DNA from: Elusimicrobiales bacterium
Lineage (GTDB): Bacteria > Elusimicrobiota > Elusimicrobia > Elusimicrobiales > UBA9959
DNA: 64,000 nt
Direction of reading: 5' to 3'
Assembly (NCBI GenBank): GCA_050174915.1
Contig: JBFXJL010000002.1
Coordinates: 195,626-259,625 of the forward strand
A model generated the notes under the pieces. It saw nothing but the letters and a program-made list of their open reading frames with translations. It did no database searches and had not been told where the DNA came from. Positions 17,127-24,859 of the stretch are shown piece after piece. The number at the start of each line of letters is the position of its first letter. Position 1 is the stretch's first letter. The position numbers and the translations under genes are program-made.

Positions 17127-19091
17127 TTAAGCCCCGTCTTCCTTCTTCTCCCCCGGCTTGCCGGGGTTTTTTATGTCCGGATTCCTGGCGAAATCCTGGA
17201 ACTTCGACGTAAGTACGGCCGCGCGCTTGACGGCCTCCACTATCCTGGAAATTTCCTTCTTGATCGGGCTCGAGGCGGGCAGGTCCTCGTCTATCAGCGT
17301 GGCGTAGCCGTTGATGGCGGCCAGCGCGTTGTTGAAGTCGTGCGCCATCGGCCTGGCCACGTTGCTCACGGCCTCGGCCGCGTGCGCGAGGGCCAGCTCG
17401 GTCTCCATGCGCTTGAGGTCGGTGATGTCGCGGGCTATGCCCAGCAGGCCTATGGTCTCGCCGCGCACGTTCTTGAGCGGGGTCTTGATGATGTTCACGT
17501 GCCGGCTGCCGCCGGGGAAAGGGTGGTAATTATACAGCGAGAGAGTCTTGCCTTTCAGCACCACTTCGCTGTCGGTGCGGAACACGCCGGCCGCGGTCTC
17601 GGGCGGGAAATAGTCGGAGTCGGTGCGGCCTATCATGGCCTCCGGCGTGGTGCCCATCATATCCGCGCTGGCCTTGTTGGCCTTCACGTACATGCCGTTC
17701 ATATCCTTGATGAAGATAGCGTCGGCGGCCGTGTCGAAGACCATGCGCATCATGGTCTCGCTTTCCTTGAGCAGGCGCTCCGTCTCCTTCTGGCCGGTCA
17801 CGTCGCGGATAACCCCGGTAATGTAGAGCGGTTTGCCGCTTTCCACCACCACGCCGCTCTTCTGTTCGGCGTAGGCGTAGCTGCCGTCCTTCCTGCGTAT
17901 GCGGTAGGGCAAAATGGGCAGTGTGCGCCCGGTCTTGACCGCGTTGGCCCAGGCTTTCATGATAAAGTCCCTGTCGTCTGGATGGGCGAACTCCAGGATG
18001 GAGCGGCCGATCAGCTCCTCCGGGGTGTAGCCGTAATCGGCGGCTTGCGGGCTGATATAGGTGAGCCGGCCGGTGAGGTCGGCGGTATAAATGGTGTCCT
18101 TGGTCGACGAGATGATGGTCCTGAACCGGGTATCCTCGTCGCGCTGGCGGTCCTCCGCCTCTTTGCGCTGCAGGATCATGGCGTAGACGCGGGCCAGTTT
18201 CTGCGCCGCGTCCAGGTCCTCCGGGGCGAAGTCGCGCTGCGGGTTGGCCAGCGCCAGCATGCCCAGCAACCGGCGCCCGGACAGCGCCGGCACGCCCAGA
18301 AACTTTTCTATCTTCATGTGGCCCTGCGGCAGGCCGGCGGCGCGCTTGTCCGAGGCCGCGGCGTTGGTGAGCAGCGGGCGCTTGCGCTTGAGCACCCAGC
18401 CCCAGAGGCCTCTGAAGTTAGTGAATATCACCGGCTTGTCTTTGACCGGGCATTTGTCCCAGGCGTCCGAGGTGAGCGAGGCCATCGCCATGTTCCCCGA
18501 GGCGTCTATGCAGCCGGCAAAGCCCAGCGAGCTGCCGGTCAAACGGCGGGCTTCGTCGAGCACGGCGCGGGAGATCTCCTCTATGGAGATGCCGGGGAAG
18601 GAGAGATAGAGTTCTTCTATATGTTTGAGCGAGGAGGCCAGGTCCTTTTCCCGGCGCAACTCGGCGTCGCGGGTCTCATTTACCAGGCGGGCGCCTATCA
18701 CCTTGGCGGCCAGCTCCACCAGGGCTGACGCCGCGCGCGGGCAGGGGGGCGGCTTGGTGACCAGCACCGAGATGCTGCCGGCCCGGGCGCTGCCGGCCTT
18801 TATGGCGTGCGAGAAATAAATAGCCTTGCTGCCGTGCGAGGCGGCCTGTGCCATGCGCTCCAGATCGGTCTTACGGCAGGCCGGGCAGACGTTGATCGGC
18901 TGGCGGCCGCGAGCGCCCTTGAGTGTAATGGCTACCTTGGCGCTGTCGCAGATCCCGTCCGGGCCTGACAGCAGGCGGGCTATTTTTTTAAGAAAAGGTT
19001 CCAGGTTGTCCGGGGCCAGCGCCGTCTCCAGCATGAGCGGGAGGGCCTTGCCGAGGGCCTCCATATCCTTGCCGGTGACGGTTTTCTTCAT
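17127..19091 (-). CDS. GAF-GAF-PAS-PAS sensor ending in a HisKA (DHp) domain, with no HATPase_c domain
   Basis: 654 aa. The H-box MAHDFNNALAAINGYATLI is ~70 aa from the C-terminus, and the protein ends right after the DHp helices. No N/G1/G2 ATP-binding boxes are present. Confidence 0.75.
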   Translation of the reverse strand: MKKTVTGKDMEALGKALPLMLETALAPDNLEPFLKKIARLLSGPDGICDSAKVAITLKGARGRQPINVCPACRKTDLERMAQAASHGSKAIYFSHAIKAGSARAGSISVLVTKPPPCPRAASALVELAAKVIGARLVNETRDAELRREKDLASSLKHIEELYLSFPGISIEEISRAVLDEARRLTGSSLGFAGCIDASGNMAMASLTSDAWDKCPVKDKPVIFTNFRGLWGWVLKRKRPLLTNAAASDKRAAGLPQGHMKIEKFLGVPALSGRRLLGMLALANPQRDFAPEDLDAAQKLARVYAMILQRKEAEDRQRDEDTRFRTIISSTKDTIYTADLTGRLTYISPQAADYGYTPEELIGRSILEFAHPDDRDFIMKAWANAVKTGRTLPILPYRIRRKDGSYAYAEQKSGVVVESGKPLYITGVIRDVTGQKETERLLKESETMMRMVFDTAADAIFIKDMNGMYVKANKASADMMGTTPEAMIGRTDSDYFPPETAAGVFRTDSEVVLKGKTLSLYNYHPFPGGSRHVNIIKTPLKNVRGETIGLLGIARDITDLKRMETELALAHAAEAVSNVARPMAHDFNNALAAINGYATLIDEDLPASSPIKKEISRIVEAVKRAAVLTSKFQDFARNPDIKNPGKPGEKKEDGA

Positions 19092-19092
19092 G

Positions 19093-19779
19093 CTATTCGA
19101 ACTTGTAGCCGTGGCCGGGCACGGCTTTGATCCGCTTGCCCAGCGTGCCGATCTTGCGGCGCAGGTTGGAGACGTGGACTTCCACGGTGTGGGGGTCGTT
19201 GTAGTCGGCGGTATTGTAGCCCCAGACCGCCTCGAGCAGGCTATTGAGGCTGAGCACCTTGCCCGGCTTGGAGGCCAGCGTGTGCAGCAGGTCGAATTCC
19301 TTGGAGGTGAGCTTTACCGGCTTGCCCTTAATCTTGATCGTGCGGCCTTCCAGGTTCAGCTCCAGGTCGCCCGCTTTGAACACGGAGGCCTTCTTCTTGC
19401 CGCGGGCGGCCCGGCGCAGCATGGCGCGCACCTTGGCCAGCAGCACCGGGTAGGAGAAGGGCTTTACCACGTAATCGTCGGCGCCGTAGCCGTAGCCGGC
19501 CACCTGGTCGGCTTCGGAGATCTTCTTGCCGGTCATGATGATGACGGGGATGTCGGCTAGCACTTTGTTCTCTTTGACGCGGCGGCACAGCGTGAAGCCG
19601 TCCATGCGGGGCATTTCCACGTCGGTTATGATGATGTCGGGTTTGCCGGCCGGGGCGGCGGCCAGGGCTTCGGCGCCGTTGGCGGCGGAGATCGTCTCGA
19701 GGCCGTGGTTCTCCAGGTATTTCCTGAGGATACCGAGCAGCTCCGTGTCGTCGTCCACTATGAGGGCGCGCTCTTTCAT
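19093..19779 (-). CDS. OmpR-family response regulator
   Basis: The start was moved to MKERALIVDDD (ATG 19779). The receiver domain (DD...D...K) is followed by a winged-helix domain (LTSKEFDLLHTLA...HVSNLRRKI...GYKF). The upstream part of track ORF 19093..19956 overlaps a terminator-like hairpin. Confidence 0.85.
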   Translation of the reverse strand: MKERALIVDDDTELLGILRKYLENHGLETISAANGAEALAAAPAGKPDIIITDVEMPRMDGFTLCRRVKENKVLADIPVIIMTGKKISEADQVAGYGYGADDYVVKPFSYPVLLAKVRAMLRRAARGKKKASVFKAGDLELNLEGRTIKIKGKPVKLTSKEFDLLHTLASKPGKVLSLNSLLEAVWGYNTADYNDPHTVEVHVSNLRRKIGTLGKRIKAVPGHGYKFE

Positions 19780-19793
19780 AAAGTGATTATAAT

Positions 19794-20030
19794 AAAAAAA
19801 AAGAGCCCCGCCGGAACATTCATGGTGAGATACGGTTGCCTTACGAAGGAGTCTTACCTGTTGTCGCCCGGCGGGGCTTAATTTAGCCAGCGCTGCAGGT
19901 GCTAGAGCACGGGGCCGAAGCCCTGTGTCTTGGGGGTTTGGGTTAGGGGGGCGCACCGTACAGCGCTGGGGATCGTTGTGCCGCTAGGACTTGCCTTCGC
20001 GGACCTTTGTAAAGAGCTGGTTGCTACACT
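19794..20030 (-). ncRNA. candidate structured sRNA, copy 1 (RR-proximal)
   Basis: All evidence is on the minus strand. TTGAGC (20065-20060)-N17-TCATAT (20042-20037). The conserved core is CCAGCGCUG...CAGCGCUGG, enclosing GGUGC/GCACC, a C(UUCG)G-capped hairpin, and a single-stranded CCCCCCUAACCCAAACCCCC. It ends with a 10-bp GCCCCGCCGG/CCGGCGGGGC stem (19877-19805) followed by U9. Confidence 0.4.
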
Positions 20031-20088
20031 AGAAGTATATGAAAAGCCGTTCAAGAAGCGCTCAAATCTGTCTCAAGAGCCGCTCAAC

Positions 20089-20318
20089 AAAAAAAGGGCC
20101 CCGCCGGAATATCTGGTCGCCTGACAGGGGCCTTATAGAGGGAGAACACTGTTGCCCGGCGGGGCATTAAAATCAGACCAGCGCTGCAGGTACTAGAGCA
20201 CGGGGCCGAAGCCCTGTGTCTTGGGGGGTTTGGGTTAGGGGGGCGCACCGTACAGCGCTGGAGATCTGTTGCCGTAAACTTGCTGACTACGGCTTGTTTA
20301 AAGAGCTAACCTGACACT
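20089..20318 (-). ncRNA. candidate structured sRNA, copy 2 (distal)
   Basis: TTGAAC (20353-20348)-N17-TATTAT (20330-20325). The core is nearly identical to copy 1 (one substitution, one indel). The same terminator stem (20165-20098) is followed by U7. The flanking hairpins differ in sequence but not in position. Confidence 0.4.
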
Positions 20319-20439
20319 TAAAGTATAATAAAAGCCGTTCAAGAAGCGTTCAAATCCGGCTCAAGAGGCGCTCAATACTTTAAAAGGCCTTTCTCCGACG
20401 GGCGGGGGAATAATATAATAGTGTTTTAGTCCGAATGTC

Positions 20440-22515
20440 ATGACTTCCATACAGTTCCTGAAAGGCGTGGGCCCGAAAAAAGCCGAACTTTTCGGCCGCC
20501 TCGGCATAGAGAGCCTGGACGATCTGCTCTTCTATTTCCCGCGCGGCTGGGAGGACCGGCGTCTGCCCGCCCGGCGCGAGCCGCTGGCCTGCCTGGAACC
20601 CGCCCCTATAATAAAAGGAAAGATAAAGTCAGTGCGGGACCTGTATACCTCCAGCCAGCTGCGCATCTTCAAGACCGTGGTGGAGACGCCCTACGGGGAG
20701 GCCGAGGCCAGCTTCTTCAAGCGGCACAGCCCACGCTTCGACGTCTTCGCCCCGCTGCGCAAGGATCTTAAAGAGGGCCGTGTCGTCTGGATAACCGGTA
20801 CCCCCGAGGACCCGCTTTTCGTCAGCCGCCTGCGGGCCGACGAATATTACGCCGACGACGACGCCCGCGCCCTCAAAATGCACGTGGGGCGTATAGTCCC
20901 GGTCTACCCGCTCACCGAGGGGCTGACGGCCAGGTTCATGCGCGAAGCGGTCTATGAGGCCGTGCAGGCCGGGCACGAGGCCGTGTGGGACTTCCTGCCG
21001 CCGGTCCTGGCCGCCCGCAGAGGGCTTATAATGCGCCCGATGGCCGCCCGCGCCATACATTTCCCGGAGAACAATTTCGAACTGGCCGCCGCCCGCCGCC
21101 GCTTCATCTACGAGGAACTGCTGCTGATGACGCTGGCCTGGGCGCTCAAGAAGCGCCAGACCAGGAGCGTGCTGAAGGGCTTCACCTACGAGATAAAGAA
21201 GACCCTGCTCACGCCTTTCAGGGCCAACCTCGGTTTCCAGTTCACCGCCTCGCAGGCGCACGCCATAAACGAGATCTTTACCGACATGCAGGCCCCCACC
21301 CCCATGGCCCGCCTGCTGGAAGGCGACGTGGGCAGCGGCAAGACCGTGGTGGCCCTGAGCGCCATGCTGCTGGCGGCCGAGAACGGCGGCCAGAGCGTGT
21401 TCGCGGCCCCCACCGAGATCCTGGCCGAACAGCATTACCTCACTTTCGAGCGCTTCCTGAAGGGCCTCGGCCTGCGTTTCGCCCTGCTGACAGGCCGCAT
21501 GAAAGCCGCTGAAAAGAAAAAGATCCTGGCCGACCTGGCCGACGGCAAGATAGATATACTGCTGGGCACCCACGCCGTCATCAGCGACGGGGTGAAGTTC
21601 AGGAACCTGCGGCTGGTGGTCATAGACGAGCAGCACCGCTTCGGCGTGCGCCAGCGCGCCGCCCTGCGCGCCAAGGGCGACCGGGCCGACATGCTCATCA
21701 TGACCGCCACCCCCATACCGCGCACCCTGTTCCTGGCCATGTACGGGGACCTGGACCTCTCCGTGCTGAAGGAGCTGCCGCCGGGCCGCAAGCCCATAAA
21801 GACCACCGAGGCCGACGAGGTGACCGCCTTCGCCGCGGCCAAAGAGGAAGCGGCCAAGGGGCGGCAGGCGTACATCGTCTACCCCGTCATAGAAGAGACC
21901 GTCGAGGCTGACATGAAGTCGGTAAAGGCCGAATTCGAGCGGCTCAAAGTCCTTTTCCGCGGCAAAAAAGTGGACATGCTGCACGGCCGCATGCCCGGGG
22001 AGCTGAAAAAACAGGTGATGGACGATTTCGCCGCCGGCCGCACCGACATTCTGGTGGCCACGCAGGTGATAGAGGTGGGCATAGACGTGCCCAACGCCAC
22101 CCTGATGGTGATAAACAACGCCGAGCGCTACGGCCTGGCCAGCCTGCACCAGCTGCGCGGCCGGGTGGGCCGCGGCCGGCACGATTCCCGCTGCCTGTTG
22201 GTGGCCCACGCCCGCGCCGGCGACGCCGCCGAGCGGCTGCGCGCCATGGTGCAGAGTTCCAACGGCTTCGAGCTCAGCGAGAAGGACATTTACATACGCG
22301 GCGCCGGCGAGATACTTGGCCTTCGGCAGCACGGCGATATGGAATTCAAGATAGCCGACATGTCGCGCGACGGAGACGTGCTGGCCCAGGCCATGGAGGA
22401 CCGCGAGGCCGTTCTGGCCGCCGACCCCGACCTGGCCGCCCCGGAGCACCGAGGCCTGCACAAAAAACTCCGCGACCTCTACGCCGCCCGCTGGAACCTG
22501 ATAGACCTGTCCTGA
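20440..22515 (+). CDS. recG: ATP-dependent DNA helicase RecG
   Basis: 691 aa. Wedge domain followed by an SF2 helicase core (GDVGSGKT Walker A, DEQHRFG, TATPIPRT, QLRGRVGRG). Confidence 0.9.
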   Translation: MTSIQFLKGVGPKKAELFGRLGIESLDDLLFYFPRGWEDRRLPARREPLACLEPAPIIKGKIKSVRDLYTSSQLRIFKTVVETPYGEAEASFFKRHSPRFDVFAPLRKDLKEGRVVWITGTPEDPLFVSRLRADEYYADDDARALKMHVGRIVPVYPLTEGLTARFMREAVYEAVQAGHEAVWDFLPPVLAARRGLIMRPMAARAIHFPENNFELAAARRRFIYEELLLMTLAWALKKRQTRSVLKGFTYEIKKTLLTPFRANLGFQFTASQAHAINEIFTDMQAPTPMARLLEGDVGSGKTVVALSAMLLAAENGGQSVFAAPTEILAEQHYLTFERFLKGLGLRFALLTGRMKAAEKKKILADLADGKIDILLGTHAVISDGVKFRNLRLVVIDEQHRFGVRQRAALRAKGDRADMLIMTATPIPRTLFLAMYGDLDLSVLKELPPGRKPIKTTEADEVTAFAAAKEEAAKGRQAYIVYPVIEETVEADMKSVKAEFERLKVLFRGKKVDMLHGRMPGELKKQVMDDFAAGRTDILVATQVIEVGIDVPNATLMVINNAERYGLASLHQLRGRVGRGRHDSRCLLVAHARAGDAAERLRAMVQSSNGFELSEKDIYIRGAGEILGLRQHGDMEFKIADMSRDGDVLAQAMEDREAVLAADPDLAAPEHRGLHKKLRDLYAARWNLIDLS

Positions 22516-22516
22516 T

Positions 22517-23416
22517 ATGAAAAAAATACTATTGCCGTTATTGATCTTCTGCGCGACTTTCCTTGCCGGCTGCGCCGGGCCGGAGAAGCGCATAAACAAG
22601 ACGCTGGAAGCCGCCTCCGCGGCGGAGAAAAAGAAGGACCTGGCGGCCATGGCCGAACTCTCGGGCGAGATACCGGACTCCTACCTGGCCCCGGAGCGGC
22701 TGGCGGCCTACCCGGAGCCTACGCTGAACCTGCTTTTGAAAACACTGGCGAAGATCTCCTTTTATACCCCCGATAGCGAGGCCAATGCCCTGAAACTGGA
22801 GAGGGCCGTTAACGAAAAGGTGAAGCGCGGAACCTTTGTAACGGACGACATAGAGTCTGTGTATTCGGCGCTGCTGGCCGCGCGGCTTTTCGATAAGGCC
22901 AGGGAGACGCAGGCGCGGTTTCCGGCCATAATCACCGAGAAGCTGCCGGCGATAGTGGTGCCGGAGCCGGCTCCTGCGGGCAACTGGCTGGCCTATGAGC
23001 TTTCGGCGGACGGCAGAACCGCCAGGCTGCGGTCGCTGCGCCTGCACCGCGGGGCGTATATCATAATGGCCATGTCGCCGGGTTGCGGCGTTTCGGCGCG
23101 CGCCGTGCGGGAGATATTGGCGGACCCGGGCCTGGGGCCGATCTTCGGGGCCGGGGCGGTGCTGGTAACCAGGCGTTTCGACGCCGCAGGCGTGCTGGAG
23201 ACCAAAAAAACTACCGGCCTGGACCAGGTTTACATAGCCCATAAATGGGGAGATTTCCCGGGCGTTAATTTTATGACCTCGCCGTGGATCTTCTTCGTTA
23301 AGGACGGTCGGGTGATATCCGACATGCGCGGCTGGGCCGACGAGGGAGAGTATTCGCTGCGCCGGCTGCGCAAGGGCATGGAGAGCATAGGGCTTAAGCC
23401 GGCGCTCTCCAACTAA
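22517..23416 (+). CDS. lipoprotein, function unknown
   Basis: 299 aa. Lipobox LLIFCATFLAGC. A possible thioredoxin-fold remnant (SPGCGVS, CxxS) is not firmly assignable. Confidence 0.6.
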   Translation: MKKILLPLLIFCATFLAGCAGPEKRINKTLEAASAAEKKKDLAAMAELSGEIPDSYLAPERLAAYPEPTLNLLLKTLAKISFYTPDSEANALKLERAVNEKVKRGTFVTDDIESVYSALLAARLFDKARETQARFPAIITEKLPAIVVPEPAPAGNWLAYELSADGRTARLRSLRLHRGAYIIMAMSPGCGVSARAVREILADPGLGPIFGAGAVLVTRRFDAAGVLETKKTTGLDQVYIAHKWGDFPGVNFMTSPWIFFVKDGRVISDMRGWADEGEYSLRRLRKGMESIGLKPALSN

Positions 23417-23438
23417 AAAGGCCCGCCTGTCAGGGCGT

Positions 23439-23474
23439 AAAAAGGCCCCGCGTCGTGCGACGCGGGGCCTTTTT
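23439..23474. terminator. bidirectional intrinsic terminator
   Basis: A5-GGCCCCGCGTCG-TG-CGACGCGGGGCC-T5, lying between convergent genes. Confidence 0.7.
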
Positions 23475-23485
23475 CCTTCCCTCCT

Positions 23486-23965
23486 TTAGAAGGCCGACCA
23501 AGGGGTGGTGATGGTGTCGCTGCCCCGCCCCTTTATGTCTTCATGCGTGCAACTGACCTGGAAGTTGCCCCAGGTGGTGGCGACGTTGGGATCGCCGAAG
23601 TAAGCCCAGCCGCCAACGTCGGAGACAGCGGCGCCGGAGGCCACAAGGACCACGGTGCGGATGTCGGCGTGCGCGGTGCCCGGCAGTTTGGCCACGGGTA
23701 TCTCGGCGATGTACTTGGCCTGGTCCGTAAGACAGCTCAGGACGGACCCGGCCGCCTCAGTGTTGGACGGGAACCAGCCTTCGTTGTCGCCGTAATACAC
23801 CTGTATGGCGCTGCGTACCGAGGAGAGCGCGCCCTTGGTGGCGCCCTCTTTCGACTTGTTGATGAGGTCGGCGAACTTCGGTATGGCTATCGCGGCCAAT
23901 ATACCGATGATCGCTACGACTATCATCAGCTCTATCAGGGTGAACCCCTGCTTCATCTTTTTCAT
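23486..23965 (-). CDS. type IV pilin / pseudopilin (prepilin N-terminal methylation domain)
   Basis: The start was moved to MKKMKQGFTLIELMIVVAIIGILAAIAIP (class III signal, G/F cleavage, E+5). An AGGAGG RBS lies upstream of ATG 23965. Confidence 0.85.
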   Translation of the reverse strand: MKKMKQGFTLIELMIVVAIIGILAAIAIPKFADLINKSKEGATKGALSSVRSAIQVYYGDNEGWFPSNTEAAGSVLSCLTDQAKYIAEIPVAKLPGTAHADIRTVVLVASGAAVSDVGGWAYFGDPNVATTWGNFQVSCTHEDIKGRGSDTITTPWSAF

Positions 23966-24222
23966 AACACTACCTCCTGCGGGGGCGCCCTCCGGGGATA
24001 ATATATAAATGATGCCCCGGCGCATCCTCCGCACTTATATCCTAACCGCTTTTCCCCGGTTTATCTACCGCCTGCCGGTCACATTTGACTATGTATACAA
24101 GTAACCAATAGCCCATTCCGTGTGGGGGCTTAAAACAGGCTTTTGGGGTCGCAAAAGCCGCCGCCCTGATTTTTAAAACCTGTGTCAAATATTATTTTTA
24201 CCAATGAAAAAACATTAAATTC

Positions 24223-24252
24223 TTGCGCCTAAAAACAGATATGGTGTAAAAT
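24223..24252 (+). promoter_or_regulatory. possible sigma70-type promoter of the nrdR-nrdD-nrdG operon
   Basis: TTGCGC-N18-TAAAAT, with TG just upstream of the -10. Supported by pattern only. Confidence 0.3.
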
Positions 24253-24385
24253 ATCCTTGCTACTACTAATAGTGGTGAGGGTGGTACAAAACACAACGTA
24301 TGGTAGTCTGGCGAGTGTCTAGTATAGTATAGTCAAGACACAACGCCCGGGGGCTTTTCGCCCCTCAGGAACAGGGAACAGCACG

Positions 24386-24835
24386 ATGAAATGTCCATTT
24401 TGCGGCGCGGAAGACACCAAGGTCACCGACAGCCGCGACTCGTCCGAAGCCTTCGAAATAAGGCGCCGGCGCGAGTGCGAAAAATGCGCCAAGAGGTTCA
24501 CTACCTATGAGCGCATAGAAGCGCACCCGCTGGTGGTCATAAAGAAGGACGGCCGGCGCGAGAGCTTCCTTAAAGAGAAGCTCATGAACGGTATCATCAA
24601 GTCCTGCCAGAAGCGGGACGTCAGCGTGGAAAAAATGGAGGAGGCGGGCAGGGATATCGAGAGTTCCCTGCGCAACGAGGACACCTACGAGATCCCCAGC
24701 AGCAAGATCGGGGAGTTCGTGGCCAGGAAGTTGAAGGCCCTCGACAAGGTCGCGTATATCCGGTTCGCGTCGATTTACAAGGATTTTGAAGACGTGACGG
24801 ATTTTGAGAAAGAGATAAAATCCATCAAGAAATAA
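24386..24835 (+). CDS. nrdR: transcriptional repressor NrdR
   Basis: 149 aa. MKCPFCG...(zinc ribbon) followed by an ATP-cone. Confidence 0.9.
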   Translation: MKCPFCGAEDTKVTDSRDSSEAFEIRRRRECEKCAKRFTTYERIEAHPLVVIKKDGRRESFLKEKLMNGIIKSCQKRDVSVEKMEEAGRDIESSLRNEDTYEIPSSKIGEFVARKLKALDKVAYIRFASIYKDFEDVTDFEKEIKSIKK

Positions 24836-24859
24836 AAATAAGAGGGGACAAGACATAAA

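Noticed and set aside
19931-19951. G-rich telomere-like string GGGGGTTTGGGTTAGGGGGG on the +strand (also at 20221-20242) as a G-quadruplex
   Set aside because: Only three clean G-runs are present. The opposite-strand reading (C-rich loop, UUCG tetraloop, U-tract terminators, promoter-like boxes) explains the conservation better.
19800-20390. Tandem ~290-bp repeat as a possible CRISPR array or minisatellite
   Set aside because: There are only two copies. The units are far longer than CRISPR repeats, there is no spacer/repeat alternation, and no cas genes are present.
20629-22650. 673-aa minus-strand ORF. The same class includes 839..1633-, 2521..3603-, 13136..14374-, 14100..15797-, 17340..18728+, 24365..25693-, 25769..27247-, 30305..31696-, 32057..33259+, 33901..35139-, 37638..38879+, 39411..40778+, 57986..59149-, 59115..60233- and 60992..61786-.
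   Set aside because: Each lies opposite a gene with strong motif evidence. They lack start context and have shadow-frame amino-acid composition.
24040-24110. Sigma-54 type promoter upstream of the pilin gene (minus-strand TGGGCT-N5-TTACT)
   Set aside because: The -12 GC element is missing and the match is weak.
24255-24345. Possible NrdR boxes upstream of nrdR (ACACAACGTATGGTAG; GTGTCT-N15-AGACAC; CTACTA-A-TAGTGG)
   Set aside because: AT-rich partial palindromes are present, but none fits the 16-bp NrdR-box consensus I recall (acaCwAtATaTwGtgt) well. I could not find the expected pair of boxes about 31-32 bp apart centre to centre. This needs a position-weight-matrix scan.
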